The notes under the pieces: model-generated | Told to the model about the DNA's origin: nothing | Database searches by the model: none | The model's input: only the letters and a program-made list of their open reading frames with translations | DNA from: Octopus sinensis | Taxonomy: Eukaryota | Length of the DNA stretch: 64,000 nt | Assembly: GCF_006345805.1 (NCBI RefSeq) | Contig: NC_043004.1 | Coordinates: forward strand, 48,608,001 to 48,672,000 | Direction of reading: 5' to 3' | Program-made: the position numbers and the translations under genes | Shown: one piece after another, positions 1 to 12,639 of the stretch | How positions within the stretch are numbered: position 1 is the stretch's first letter | Layout: every line of letters starts with the position of its first letter

Positions 1-103
1 TATATATATATATACGTATAATGTAGGATAAAAGTTTTTCAAAAAAAAAATTTATCAATGGCCAGCATATTAAAAAAAATACCTTTAAAGGTTAAAATTA
101 TAA

Positions 104-216
104 ACAACTTATAAATATGGGCAAACAAAAAAATTTCTAATGCCAAATATGCCGAAATTGGACATATTGTCCATAACCATATAATTATATTTTTTCGTTT
201 GCCCTTATTTATAAGT

Positions 217-219
<3 letters not shown>
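104..219. repeat. Inverted repeat, MITE-like hairpin abutting a (TA)n tract
   Basis: Arms 104-134 and 189-219 (31 bp, 2 mismatches); inner ggaca-tat-tgtcc hairpin; (TA)n follows directly. Confidence 0.6.
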
Positions 220-271
<52 letters not shown>

Positions 272-404
272 GGGTTGAAGAAAACAATGGAAACTTTTGA
301 AAGGAGCCACATAGAGATTTCCAAGGAGTTTACCATGGGAAGAAGGAATGAACAAAATGTTTTGCATCAACTAAGAACAAGTCCAAATCAACCATCAAAT
401 TATT

Positions 405-565
405 CTTTCTAATTTTAGCACAAGGCCAGCAATTTTGAGGTGAGGTGCTAAGTCCACTGACATCAACTAAATTACTTGACTGGTATTTATTTTATAGACG
501 ACCCTGAAAGGATGAAATGCAAAGTTGACCTCAGCAGGAGCTGAAACCCGAACGTAAGAGCTGAG
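405..565 (-). mobile_element. SINE family B, degenerate copy
   Basis: Reverse complement of the gtcgactttgcctttcatcc...aagtaccag body seen intact at 56466-56697. Confidence 0.7.
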
Positions 566-1089
566 GTTAACCATGAATTAATATAAGCACACATTAAGAT
601 ATGAATTGAGAAGGGGGCCAGTGCTGGATTTGCTATGGTACAAATGGTAGATAATTTCATTTTTTTTTTTAATGGATGAAAATGGTGATGAAAATTTGAA
701 TTTTTCATTATCCTTGTAAATCTAAATGATTTGCCTGTATTTCTTGCTGTTATTTAATGTTAAATAAATAGAATTTTAAAAATGTGTTCTCCTTGATATT
801 GTTGTGAGTTCTAGACTGGGGTATGATGACCTGGAAGTACAAGATCAAACCCAAATGCCGAAAGGATGTTGCTGCAGGCCCTACACTTAGCACCAAATCT
901 GTGGTGATGGGGTCTGTATGCTAGAGACAGACAGGACAGTAGTAGAGAGTTATGGGAGGTGCAGTCTTGGCTTCCACTGTTATTCCTACCATCATCATTA
1001 CATATATGTGCTCCACCTTCAGTAGAATTTGTGAGTCCAGAATAAGACTGTCCAACCTTCAAAGATCTCGTTATTAAGGACATGAAAAG

Positions 1090-1290
1090 CAGTGAGCTGG
1101 CAGAATTGCTAGCATTCCAGGAAAAATGTTTAGTGGCATTTCATCTGTTTTCACGTTCTGAGTTCACCAATGTCAACTTTACCATTCATCTTTTCAGAGT
1201 CAATAAAATAAGTACCAGTTGAGTACTGGGGTTGATGTAATCAACTAGCCCACTTCCTGCCAAATTTCAGGCCTTGTACCTATTGCAGGA
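1090..1290 (+). mobile_element. SINE family B, degenerate copy
   Basis: gagctggcagaa head, ttcatcttttcagagtcaataaaataagtaccagttg body. Confidence 0.75.
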
Positions 1291-2207
1291 AGGATTATTA
1301 AGAGAGTGGTTATTGTCATTGAATTTCAGTGGATAACCAAAATGTGATGTCTCTATGGAATGGTCATGGCTGGAGTACTCTTAATTATATATCTACTGGA
1401 TCAAGATCAACGTGAGGCTAAACAATGACAACAAGAGATACTTTTTTTTTTTCAAACTTGAAAAAATTAGAAGCAAGTTGGCCTCAGTGGAATTTGAACT
1501 CATGTATACAACTAAATACACATTCATGAAGCCCAAACTATCCAATTTCTGCAGTATTACCACATTACCATATTCTAAGAAAATCATGGACATTATATCA
1601 TTGTATCCAATTTGTGTACATTATGATGTATGTTTATGTCGTTAACTAATTATGACCCAGTGTTATTTGTGATTTTGATATTAATTGAAAGTTGTTTGAT
1701 TTTCATCAATGTGAAACCCTAGGTTCTACGATGTTAGCATTAATTTGATTAAAAAGTTTTTTGATCCATAAAGTTTTCTGGTTTAGTTCCACTGTGTGGC
1801 ATCTTAGATAAATGTGAAAAGCTTATATGCATATGTGTGTGTGTGCATGTGAGAGGGAGAGGGGTTGTGGTGTGTCGTATAGGAATAGGAGGTAAAAAAT
1901 TAATACAAAGTAGGAATTGGTTATATATATATATATATATTCTCTCTTTTTACTGTTTTCAATCATTAGAATACAACCATGCTGGAGCACCACTTTCAAG
2001 CATTTTAGTTTTGCTGATATTAACCTTAGTATATATTTTAGTCAAGTAGTTATTCTTCTCAGTCTACATTTATCAAATATTTATTTTTTGACTTAAAGGG
2101 CCACACCATAGGTAAGTTTACACCCTCAAATACAAACATGGACAAAAACAAAAACATTCATGCATAGATACATACACATATACATGCATACATTTTTTTA
2201 AATTATT

Positions 2208-2511
2208 TTATGCGCCCTTTTCAAGCCTAGCCTGGCTCATGGGCCCAGTTTCCCAGTTTCTGTGGTATATGTGTTCCCCCAGCTGGACGGGACGCCAGTC
2301 CATTGCAGTGTTACTCAAGAAGCAGGAAGAGAGAGTGAGAGAAAGTTGGGTCGAAAGAGTACAACAGGGTTTGCCACCATCCCCTGCTGGAGCCTCGTGG
2401 AGCTTTAGATGTTTTCGCTCAATAAACACACACAATGCCTGGTCTGGGAATCGAAACTGCGATCCTCCAACCGCGAGTCCGCTGCCCTAACCACTGGGCC
2501 ATTGCACCTCC
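2208..2511 (-). mobile_element. tRNA-derived SINE family E with tail type 1
   Basis: tRNA-like head (tggcccagtggttagggcagcggactc, ggttcg-like B box region) shared with 38351-38652; 3' part contains gcaatggactggcgtcccgtccag. Confidence 0.8.
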
Positions 2512-3230
2512 TCACAGGCATACATACATGCATGTATTTATACATACACACATGCATGCATTCATGTATGCATACATATACATATACACAGGCATGCACA
2601 CACACTCATACACATGCAAACACACATATAACTTGCTTCTACACAGCTTCTTTCAAATAAATTCTGTTCTAGCATTGGTCAAAGTCTGCAGGAGGAGATA
2701 TTTGCTTAAGGTTCTCTGCAATGTAATCGAACTCATGTGGTTGCCTGCCTGTATATATTCTACTGTCTTTTGTTTGTTTACTTTTTTCACTGAGAAGCAT
2801 AAACACACTCAATACACTCTTATGTTTGAACAAAAAGTCTTATCTGATCTTAACTTGCTGGCATACACAGGTTAATTTCAAAGCAGTACTGTTTCTTGAT
2901 GCTAGATTAAAGAAACAACAGAACTCAAACTCAACATCATTTGAAGTCATTTTACATGTCTTAGCAACCGATTTCCATCGTTCGTTATTCGTTATTTTAG
3001 ATTCATATTTCATTATTTTAGATTTACTGATGAGTAAGGTCGGCTGTAAAGTTGGTTGCACAAAACCTTTATGTATAATGTAATAATCCTGTAGTAACAC
3101 TCAGTTATCTGTCTGTTTGTCTCTATGTATTTGTGCATGCATGTGTGTCTCTCTCTGTATAAATGTATGTACACGATAAAACAGATGTTAAATGAAGGAA
3201 GGAATGATATACATATGTGTGTATTTATGT

Positions 3231-3265
<35 letters not shown>

Positions 3266-3887
3266 TGATATATGCATAACATTTTTATTATACATAAATG
3301 TATTACTGTATGAATATAAGTAAGCATCTGTGTACATGTATGTATTGTGTGTGTGTGTGTGCGTGTGTCATCAAAACCTGAATAAGTCAAAATGACACCT
3401 AAAATATTGACTACAATATTTCTTTCACATTAAGAAATATTGCTGTTCAGAAAAAAATTGCAAATGTTTCAATTTGAAAGGGATTCTGATGTGTCAATGT
3501 CATCAATATGAATCATATCTCATTCTCTTACCGTTTTACTTTATCATTGAGTCTTCTACAATGAGGAGAAGCTTTCAACTTTTTGGTGGGGAAGATGAGA
3601 TGGAGTCAGTGTCCAGTGAGAATCTGACCATCTTCAGAGAGAAATAGAGCCATACGATAGTGCAATGAGGATCAAATATCATATTATATTTGACAGCTGC
3701 CTGTCAAATGATTTGATCCTCAATCAGAGAATGACCTGTTCTAAAGCTGGCTAGTTCAGAAGGTTCTGCAGTTTAGGAATATTCCATTAAGTCTTTGAGT
3801 GAAAACTGAGAAAGATTGTAACTGTACTGACAGTGATAATGTTCCACTTCTAAGGAAATACGAAATATATTTGTACATATGTATATG

Positions 3888-3939
<52 letters not shown>

Positions 3940-4122
3940 TAAGTTTGTGTGTACATATGTATGCATATGTATATGTGTGTTTGTGCATATTTGTATCAAT
4001 AAAGATGTATGAACATGTAACTTGTAAATACACATAAATAAGAATGTAATTTGCTGTTCTTTTATTGGCAGAATCCACAGAAAAAAAAGGTACTCTGTCC
4101 AGTGAGGGAGAAATATCATTTG

Positions 4123-4228
4123 ATACACATAGTATTTAAATTCGAGTTGCTATTGGTTTCATACTTGTTAGATTATAGTGTTTTCACGGTATGAAACTAA
4201 TGGTAGCTCAATTTTAAATACTGTGTAT
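4123..4228 (+). other. Long imperfect hairpin, pre-miRNA-like or MITE remnant
   Basis: 33-bp stem 4132-4164/4189-4221 with 4 G.U pairs and 2 mismatches, 24-nt loop, plus a 7-bp basal helix. Confidence 0.55.
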
Positions 4229-4310
4229 ATTAAATATGTGACAATGTTTATATGTGTTGTGTAAGAGAGCAAGAAAAATAACAAGACAAGTTCATATATT
4301 GTTTTATTTT

Positions 4311-4671
4311 TTTAACTTGTTTCAGTCATTTGACTGTGGCCATGCTGGAGTTCCACCTTTAGTCAAACAAATCTCCCCCACGACTTATACTTTGTAAGCC
4401 TAGTACTTATTCTATTGGTCTCTTTTGCCAAACCGCTAAGTTACAGGGACGTAAATATGCCAACATTTGTTGTCAAGCAATGACGGACACACACACACAC
4501 ACACATGCGACAGGCTTCTATCAGTTTCCGTCTACCAAATCCACTCACAAGGCTTTGGTCGGCCTGAGGTTATAGTAGAAGACACTTGTCCAAGGTGCCA
4601 CACAGTGGAACTGAGCCTTGAACCATGTGGTTGGTAAGCAAGCTTCTTACCGCACAGCCACTCCTGCACCT
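4311..4671 (-). mobile_element. tRNA-derived SINE family A with internal microsatellite
   Basis: Full-length match to the family best preserved at 55781-56190; central (CA)n. Confidence 0.9.
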
Positions 4672-4819
4672 ATAGCCACTCATGCAACATGTTTCAGGTT
4701 CAGTTCCACTGCAAGCATCTTGCACATGTGTCTTTTACTATAACCTTGGGCTGATCAATGCTGTGTGGGCATGAGGTGGGTGTTTCATTAATGTGTATTT
4801 CAAGGGATGTAAACTTCAC

Positions 4820-5340
4820 TGAGAAAAGTGATTAAAAAGAACAAAGCTTTTTCAAACAGATTCTCTAGTTATATTTGTTCTGCCCTGAATTACAGACACT
4901 CCCTTGTCACTAATGCTGTCAGAAATGCTGTGAACCATCTTTCCGACTACTATCTTCACAAAGACCAAACCAGCTTATCCTATCTCTTCATAAGCTGTCT
5001 CCTCAAGCGTTCAGAATAATTTTTCCATCGTCTTGGCTTAACAACCCTCATCGTTTGTTTTTACTGTTTTGTTCTCACTGTCCTTTTCTTGTTACCACTT
5101 TCACCCTCCACAAAAAATCCCAAATTTTATTTAATTTGCTTTGCGAGAAGGACTGTTTCAACAAAGTCGCGTCTTGTCCTTACCTTCGAAACATGGGGTA
5201 GAAGAAACAGAGACAACTGAAGAAGGGGAATATTCCTTATGTTCTGTGTCTTGTTTCTCTGTTTTTTTCGTTGTTTGAAAAAAGTTTGTTTATATGTTTT
5301 TGTTTTTTTCATTTCTCATTGTGTTCAATATTTTTTTGAT
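4820..5340 (+). mobile_element. Degenerate Penelope-like element 3' end (GIY-YIG C-terminus and pLTR)
   Basis: Translation ...RHSLVTNAVRNAVNHLSDYYLH...KRSE*FFHRLG resembles the PLE endonuclease tail (H...H...EQ.LI..LG..P.GLN), recognised from memory; pyrimidine-rich 3' region follows. Confidence 0.4.
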
Positions 5341-5434
5341 GTCCTGTACCCATATATGCATGTATATATGCATATATATGTAGGTATATACATATATGTA
5401 TGTATAGATGCATATATTTATATATTATTTATAT

Positions 5435-5470
<36 letters not shown>

Positions 5471-6204
5471 GTGTGTGTGTGTGTTTATGTATGTGTGTGT
5501 ATATATACATATATATTCTACCCATACTCACATTGAGAAAGATATCAAATGGAAGGAAGTAATAAACAAAAGACATAACAATGTGTTGTTGAAAGTTATT
5601 CACAACAGAGTAGCAAAGATAGTATTAAAAATATGTTAAAAATTGTAGCAAAATGAAATATTAAAATTTACGTCATTTATATGCTAAAGGGACTTCTGAA
5701 TTCTCTCTCTCTCTCTCTCTCTCTCTACCTCTATCTCTCCATCTCCCTTTTTGTCTTCCTTTCTTTGAATACAGTCTGATCTTTAGTAACTTCTGCTGCA
5801 TGTTTCATTCCCATGAGAGCTCAATGAAAATTTAGAGACAATTATAAACATCTCAAGATTGTGGCACAAGTCTCTAGTTAGGAAAAAAAAATTGGAAAAA
5901 AAATATGATATATCATATTAAATAAAATATGTGCATACTGCTTCAAAAAGTACTCCTGTGACATTATATCATTCTGATGCAAACACTTCCTCAGGCATAC
6001 CAATCTGGTACATTTGTCTCATGACTGAAAAACAAGGCAATTGGTCACAAGGCGTTAAATTCAAAAGTAGCTAAACTGGAAAAAACAATGAAACCAAATG
6101 GTTTTGTATCCAACAGGCTAAAAAGCATCTATAAGGCAAGTGAACAGCTTTGTAGTGTGCTCAACATAGGAAAAAGTTTATAGGGCTCTCTGTCTGTTTG
6201 TCTG

Positions 6205-6258
<54 letters not shown>

Positions 6259-6534
6259 CACACACACACACACACCACACACACACACACACACATTACA
6301 GTATATGGATTTATATAATCCAGTGGTAACCACAAAAGAGCTCCTTTAGTGAACCAGGCTACAAACCACATAGTAACCCAACATGTAGGAGTATAATGTA
6401 GAGTCCTTTACAGTTGAAATCCAGTAAATCCATGATGTTGGTTGCAAAACAGCTGTCATCCTATGGGGACTGCTGAAATAAATATATTCATCTCATACCT
6501 CCTGATATTCTTCATCTTCTCTATCTCTCTCTCT

Positions 6535-6602
<68 letters not shown>

Positions 6603-6639
6603 TATATATAAACTTTCCCAGTTTTCAAAGTTGGCACTG

Positions 6640-7092
6640 TCAATGTAGTTCCTACAATGAAGGCAAGTTTCTTTCAAGCATTGGGCCTCACAGAGGCAAA
6701 GCGGCTGAGTTCCTTTTGAGTGTTGGGCCTCATGGAGGTGAGTTCTCTTTCGAGTGTTGGGCTTCATGGAGGCAAAGTGGCTGTGTTCCTTTCGAGTGTT
6801 GGGCCTCTCGGAGACAATGACTGAGACCTTTAGCATTATGTCGTGCTTGAGAAGAAGACCCATCAAACCAAGCAAAATCACAGTCATGGCAGATACTGGT
6901 CTCACACAAATGACACCTGTGCTGGTGGCAGGTAAAAAAGCACCTATTACACTCTTGGAATGGTTGGCATTAGGAAGGGCATCCACCCATAGAAACCATG
7001 CCAAATCAGACTGGGATCTGATGCAGTCTTCCAGCTTGCCAACCCTGATCAAATCATCCAACTCATGCTAGATAGCATGGACAATGGACATT
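6640..7092 (+). mobile_element. Non-autonomous retroposon family C, (GAT)n tail, with about 42-bp internal repeats
   Basis: ggttggcattaggaagggcatcc...acattaaatgatgatgatg 3' end; repeats of gagtgttgggcctcatggagg... at 6690-6810. Confidence 0.8.
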
Positions 7093-7527
7093 AAATGATG
7101 ATGATGATATATATAATAGAATTATTAGTGAGATATTATCAGTCCAGGCAAAATACTTTATAAACTGCACACACATACACACACTTTTTCATTCAGGTAA
7201 AATTTGTTGAGGCAAATTTTCTATGGTCAGATGCTCTTCTTGTTGCCAACACCCACCTTTTTCGCTGATATTTGGCAGGAATAGAGTGAAGGGCCAAACC
7301 AAATCATGAAGAACACAGACACTGTCAAACTCATATAGTAATAGTGCAATCTGGTGAAAAGCTACCAGTCCAAGAGCTGAGAGTTGGGTGTAGACCACAG
7401 GCACTGAATTTTCCATCTCGCAGAACTAAAGATTCACATTTTAGCTTTACTGAGATTAAGGGCATTGGCATTGCTTTCTCCAAATTCCTCCAAAACAAGA
7501 ATCCACTGGCAGGTGGCATAGAAAATA

Positions 7528-8920
7528 CAAGGTGGTATAAAAAAAGTTCCCAGAGTAGTCCTGTAGCACACCAACAGGTGGCAGCACACAGTTGCATGTG
7601 CAGTGGGAGCTAGTAGGGAACTTCATGAGGCAGTGTGCCAAGTGTCATCACTGTGTTTACTTCGCAAATTGTGAAATTTGTGTTTATGCGGTCACATATA
7701 TGTTGTGGTCTGCAATTTTTGTCATGGACAGGAACAAAGAGCCAACAGGAAATTTTACGTTAGACTTGAGAAGTCTGCTACAAAGACATTGAGCATGCTT
7801 TAGCAGCTTGTGGAAATGGGTCGTACACAATATTCCAAGTGGCACAGGTGCTTACCTCAATGAGGCCAAGACTGAATATATAAACAAGTACCTGTCCAAC
7901 AGTGATTGCATCATCCATACTCTCAACCATGCGCCCTTAAATATGGTTTCTGATTACAAATATCTTGGGTCATACATATCATCATCTGGAAAAGATTTTC
8001 TAACTAGAAAGGGCATGGCCTGGTCAGCCTGTAATGACATGCATAAGATCTGGTCATCAAATCTAAGTAGAGACTTCAAACTTGAAATCTTCAAAGCCAC
8101 AATCAAACCAATTCTACTATATGGCTCACAAACCTAGATGTTATCAAAGAAGCTTGAGAGACGGTTGGATGGAACCTACACTCGCCTCCTTATGAGAGCT
8201 CAAAATCTCTCGTGGAAGTGTATCCAACCAAAATGCAAACATATGGGAAACTACCACCTGTGTCATCTCTTGTGAAAGGTAGGAGAGTCCAGTTTGCTGG
8301 ACATTGTTGTAGAGCTGAAAACGAGGCAATTTCTACTCTTCTCCTCTGGAAGCAATCTACTCGCAATACTAGAGGGCGCACACTCTCCTACCCTGATGTA
8401 ATCTCCAGGGATACAGGCATCCAGCAACAGGACCTCCATAATGCTATGATGGACCGTGAAGTCTGGCGTAGCATGGTAAATTCCATTGTCTTGACCACGG
8501 TCAAACAATGATGATGAACATGACAGGTGTTTCAAAAGCAGAAGAATGTCGCTGGAAGACCTGCCACGAGCGTTACCCTTGGAAATGTGGTTTTGTGAAT
8601 CGCAAATTCATCCTCCAGGGTCAGACAGTCAATCGAGAGTTCTACTGCGACATTTTGAAGTGCTTGAGGAATGACATTCAGTGAAAGTGACTGCACCTGT
8701 GAAGCATGAAGAATTAGATTCTTCACAACGTCAATGAACCCTGTCACCAGGCTCTCTTCACTTGTGAGTTTCTTGCCAGAAACAACATAGCATTGCTTCT
8801 GCACCCATCCTATTCACAAGATTTAGCACCTGTAGACTTCCACCTCTTCCCCAAGATGAAAATGCATCCAAGATGAAAATGCATCCAAGTGTATCCAATG
8901 ATCAGAGTAGATTCTGTGAA
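7528..8920 (+). mobile_element. Internally deleted mariner (DD34D) transposon interrupted by a LINE
   Basis: TA plus left TIR caaggtggtataaaaaaagttcccag at 7526-7556; decayed transposase N-terminus (MDRNKE...LEKSATKTLSM); C-terminus with FI..GQTVN, HNVN(HDN-like) and YSQDLAPVDFHLFPKMK. Confidence 0.85.
7851..8522 (+). mobile_element. 5'-truncated RTE-superfamily LINE (RTEX-like) ORF2 C-terminus
   Basis: DYKYLGSYI, IFKATIKPILLYGSQT, RRVQFAGHCCR, ISTLLLW, DREVWR motifs; (TGA)n tail; 7-bp TSD acaggtg at 7844-7850 and 8523-8529. Confidence 0.9.
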
Positions 8921-9270
8921 GGAAGGAGAGATTGTAGGGACTATATATATATATATAAGTGAATCTATACAGCAAATATGCAAACTTGTCAAATTTACCT
9001 ATTTCTCCATAGACTGAAAGAATAATGAACAGCTTTAATTGGTTTCCATCCCTTATTTGTGTCTTGTCAGATGAGTTCACATCACTCGATCAATCCCAGA
9101 AAAACAAGTAGCCACTCTACTTATATATAAACATCAAATGTACTATGGCTTTCTTTTAGTATATCCATTAAAAAAAAGATATACAGATTGCTCTTTGGTA
9201 CTAATATTCTTTCCATTACTCATAACTAATCTAAAAAAATATTATCCTGAATTTTCAATTGTTTATTGTG

Positions 9271-9367
9271 ATGTTAAAATTTTTGTTGCACTGCTATGAC
9301 CTTGTTGCTGACACAGTGGCACTGTGTCAGTGGCCAATTTGCAGTGGTGCAGCAAAAATTTTGACAT
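9271..9367. repeat. 97-bp symmetric palindrome (48+1+48)
   Basis: Perfect 11-bp core arms 9308-9318/9320-9330; 21-bp outer arms pair fully with 2 G.U; diverged 16-bp middle arms. Confidence 0.8.
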
Positions 9368-10014
9368 TTCAAGACATAAATGAAAAGTGAATATAAGTTT
9401 TTTTGTATGTTTTTAGATAGATCAAGTGTCTTTTTTCATCCGTAATTGCTTCAGCTTCAACACACTCTCTCACATCATGTGACTTGCTAGACAAACACAA
9501 CAGAGTTTATTTATTCAAAATTGTTGATTCAATGTATAGTTAGAATTTTATATACAATAATATAAAATAAGTAGAGTTTAAACTACTACATCAAACTTGT
9601 AAGCACTAAATAAAAGCTTTTGAGGTGTTTATTGTAAACATGTGAGTCTAAACGTGAGATGAGAATCTGTCATTATCTTCTTCTTACCACTATGGCTCTC
9701 GTTAAAACTAAAATTCATCAAAAATTGTTATAAATGCATCTTTTAGTTTTTAGTTGTTTCAGTCATTAAACTGCAGCCATGCTGGAGCATCGTCTTGATA
9801 AGTTAAGTTGAACAATTTGACCCCAGTATTTAGTTTTTAAGCCTAGTACTTATTCTATCAGCCTTTTTGCCAAATGAAGATGTAAACAAACCAACAACAG
9901 TTGTCAAGTAGTGGTGGGAGACAAACACAGATGAAAAAAATCACACACGCCTACAAAGATGCAAAAATACATACTATGTATATATATAAGGTTGAAAAGG
10001 AACACACAAGTTGA

Positions 10015-10677
10015 TATATATGGGAAAAAAAGTCAAGATAGAAAATGCTAAAATAATTTTTAAAAAATCATTTCAGTACCGGTTTCAGTCATTGAGACTT
10101 TTTCCAACTGTAAGTATGGAAAACAATTAAATTTTGGAAAAATTAAAAGAAGAGTTTTTTTTCAAAGAATATTTGCATAGTGTTCAAATACAAGTGGCAT
10201 TTTCTTTGTTTCTGCCTGTCTCTGTCTCTCTTGTTTACTCTTGTGGGTTCAAGGTCGTTGTGAATTCTTGGTAGGGAAGAACACCTACGCAAATTTTATA
10301 AACAAAACATTCAAACGAAATTTTTCAGGAGTTCCACAATTACTACTACTATCCACAGTGGATCATTTTCGGGACAGCTGACCATTCAACATACTACTGT
10401 CATGGCACTCCCACATCATCATCATCATCATCATCCTTCTTCTTCATCCCTACCAAGAATTCACAATGACCTCGAATCCACAAGGGTAAACAAGAGAGAC
10501 AGAGACAGGCAGAAACAAGGAAAATGCCACTTGTATTTGAACACTGTAAAAATATTCTTTTAAAAAACTTTTCTTTTAATTTTTCCAAAAGTCTCAATGA
10601 CTGAAACCGGTACTGAAATGTTTTTTATAAAATTATTTTAGCATTTTCTATCTTGACTTTTTTTTCCATATATATAT
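10015..10677. mobile_element. Fold-back element: inverted pair of PLE-like pLTR fragments
   Basis: Arms 10015-10277 and 10447-10677, high identity apart from one about 30-bp deletion; 169-bp spacer; both ends in (TA)n; same family as 32098-32330. Confidence 0.8.
10074..10110 (-). ncRNA. Degenerate type I hammerhead motif (U3-A8 family)
   Basis: CAG UUGGAAAA AGUC ucaau GACU GAAA CCGG UA CUG; one extra core nucleotide relative to the 32151 copy. Confidence 0.45.
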
Positions 10678-10695
10678 GTGTGTGTGTGTGTGTAT

Positions 10696-10732
<37 letters not shown>

Positions 10733-11983
10733 GACGACAGGCTTCTTTTAGTTTCTGTCTACAAATCCACTTGCATGGCTTTGGTCTGTTGATGGCTATA
10801 GTAGAAAGCACTTGCCCAAGTTGCCATGCTGTGAGACTGAACCCATTTTTCTATTCCTTGTTGGAACTGTTTCAACCTTATCAACAACACCCAGGGAAAG
10901 AAAGAATGTAATCTCATAATCCCTTCTTATTTCTGCTTTCCAGTGTAACTCTGTAACTCTGCTGCTGCTTGATATGAAAAGTATTTCATATACATGCATT
11001 GATCTGAGATTATGCTTACAGTATTAACCTGCATGAAATGTGCAGCAGTACAAGTAAGAGAAGAGAAGAATGGCTGTGCATTAAAAGTTTCAATGAATAT
11101 TGGGAAACTATGATTGTATTAGGGTTGACATGTGATGTGAAAAGGCAATGAGTGCTGGTTCTAAATGTAATGTGGGAGAGGAAGTTCAGAGAAACAGTTA
11201 TATATTGCACTGTAGAATCATCCGTTTCATGTCATCTTTTTATTTGACCATCATTGAGCATTGCTGATCTCAGCTGTTGGACAGAGTGACAGAATGGACA
11301 GCTGAGAGACAGACAGACAGTAGTAGATAGTTGAGTTTAGCTAGTAGACAGTAGAGTACAGATGTGAAACAGACTATGAGTAAAATGTGTCTATAAGAGT
11401 GACTGACAGTGGAGTACTTCTTGTGAGATAGAGTAATAAAACCTTTCTAGTAGAACTTGTTGATATTTATTCCAAATTCTTAGATTAATTAAAGTTATGT
11501 CATCTTATATATCAGTCACCTAATTATTTTTCCTTAATACATTTTTTTACTCTTCTGAAAATTTAATTTACTAAGTTGCTATTTGTAAATTATTCAAGGT
11601 GTTGAGTTGAAGAAATTTCGTCTCCATAGCATATAATTATTGTTGTTGTTGTTATTTAAAAGCAACACGAAATACAGTTGTATCTATTTTTACGACTTGC
11701 ACAAGATTATCATTTTTATTTTCATATTATAATGGCTCGATAGAAACAGATTTATACCAGAAAAAAATCCAGATTTCCCAAACTATTTTAGTTGTAGGCC
11801 ATTACTATGAATAAAATTCCCAGAACAACACAAATAGAGCTGACTGACAGTAAATGTCCATTAAAAGTAGCAGAGATCAAAGGAAATTGTAATGTATTGA
11901 TGTAACTGTTCTGTGAAAGTCTTGTTTGTTATTACTGCACCTGAGAGAAAGAGAAAGAGAGAGAGAAAGAGGAGGGGGGATAG

Positions 11984-12447
11984 TGTAATTGCTGGAGTTG
12001 ATGAGGGAAATATCTAAATTGGTCTTGTCTTGGTGATCTGTGAGTAGTCTTGAAGTAACAGCTAGCTGCCTATAAACACAGTTCATGACACTAGGAGGGT
12101 TGCAGCCAAACTATAAAGTCAAGAGGTGAGAAGATTATATCCCATCACGAATGTGCTGCACATTGTCTTTGGGAGAGCCACTTAACACTCTCAAAGACTC
12201 AGTCCACCCAGCTATAAATAGATACAACTCATTGTTGCGAATAGCAGAAGCACTATGGTTTATATTGTCTTGTGATGCAGAATTCTGGCAACTCCTCCCA
12301 TTGCTATAGCTTCAAAAGAGATAGATTCCAGCAGACTGCCTTGGAGAGAGAGGTGGGTGGGAGAGAGAGGCTCTCTATCTGAATAAATTGGTGAGAGATG
12401 GACTCTACCAGATTGACTGGACTTTTCTGAAATACTCTCCTGCAACA
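11984..12447 (+). mobile_element. Possible LTR remnant
   Basis: TG...CA ends, purine tract upstream, AATAAA near 12382, PBS-like tggtgttataag downstream; no TSD found. Confidence 0.25.
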
Positions 12448-12639
12448 CAAAGTGGTGTTATAAGATTCATCACCACCATGTCACTAGTGGTAGTAATCTG
12501 TGGTACTACTACTGCTGCTACAGTATGACAATATTTCACTGTTATGGTACCTGGATATGAGATACAAATAGAGTTGTTGCACACACACATACATGCACAC
12601 ATACACACACACACACACACGCATACACACATTCTCTCT

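Larger units (their letters stand above)
9741..10845 (-). mobile_element. SINE family A split by a fold-back element inserted in its internal (TA)n
   Basis: Tail half at 9741-9930, head half at 10730-10845. Confidence 0.7.

Noticed and set aside
3533-3556. Possible 24-nt microexon on the - strand
   Set aside because: Splice-like signals only; expected by chance in 64 kb.
5185-5245. GAAAC followed by CUGAAGA, a possible type II hammerhead
   Set aside because: No stem I forms, and stem II pairing competes with the core.
6537-7071. 174-aa and 105-aa ORFs
   Set aside because: They lie within a family C retroposon and (TA)n; the same peptides recur at other copies.
11211-11513. Possible solo LTR (TG...CA, AATAAA near 11435)
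   Set aside because: Flanks tgcac and gtcac do not match as a TSD, and there is no second copy.
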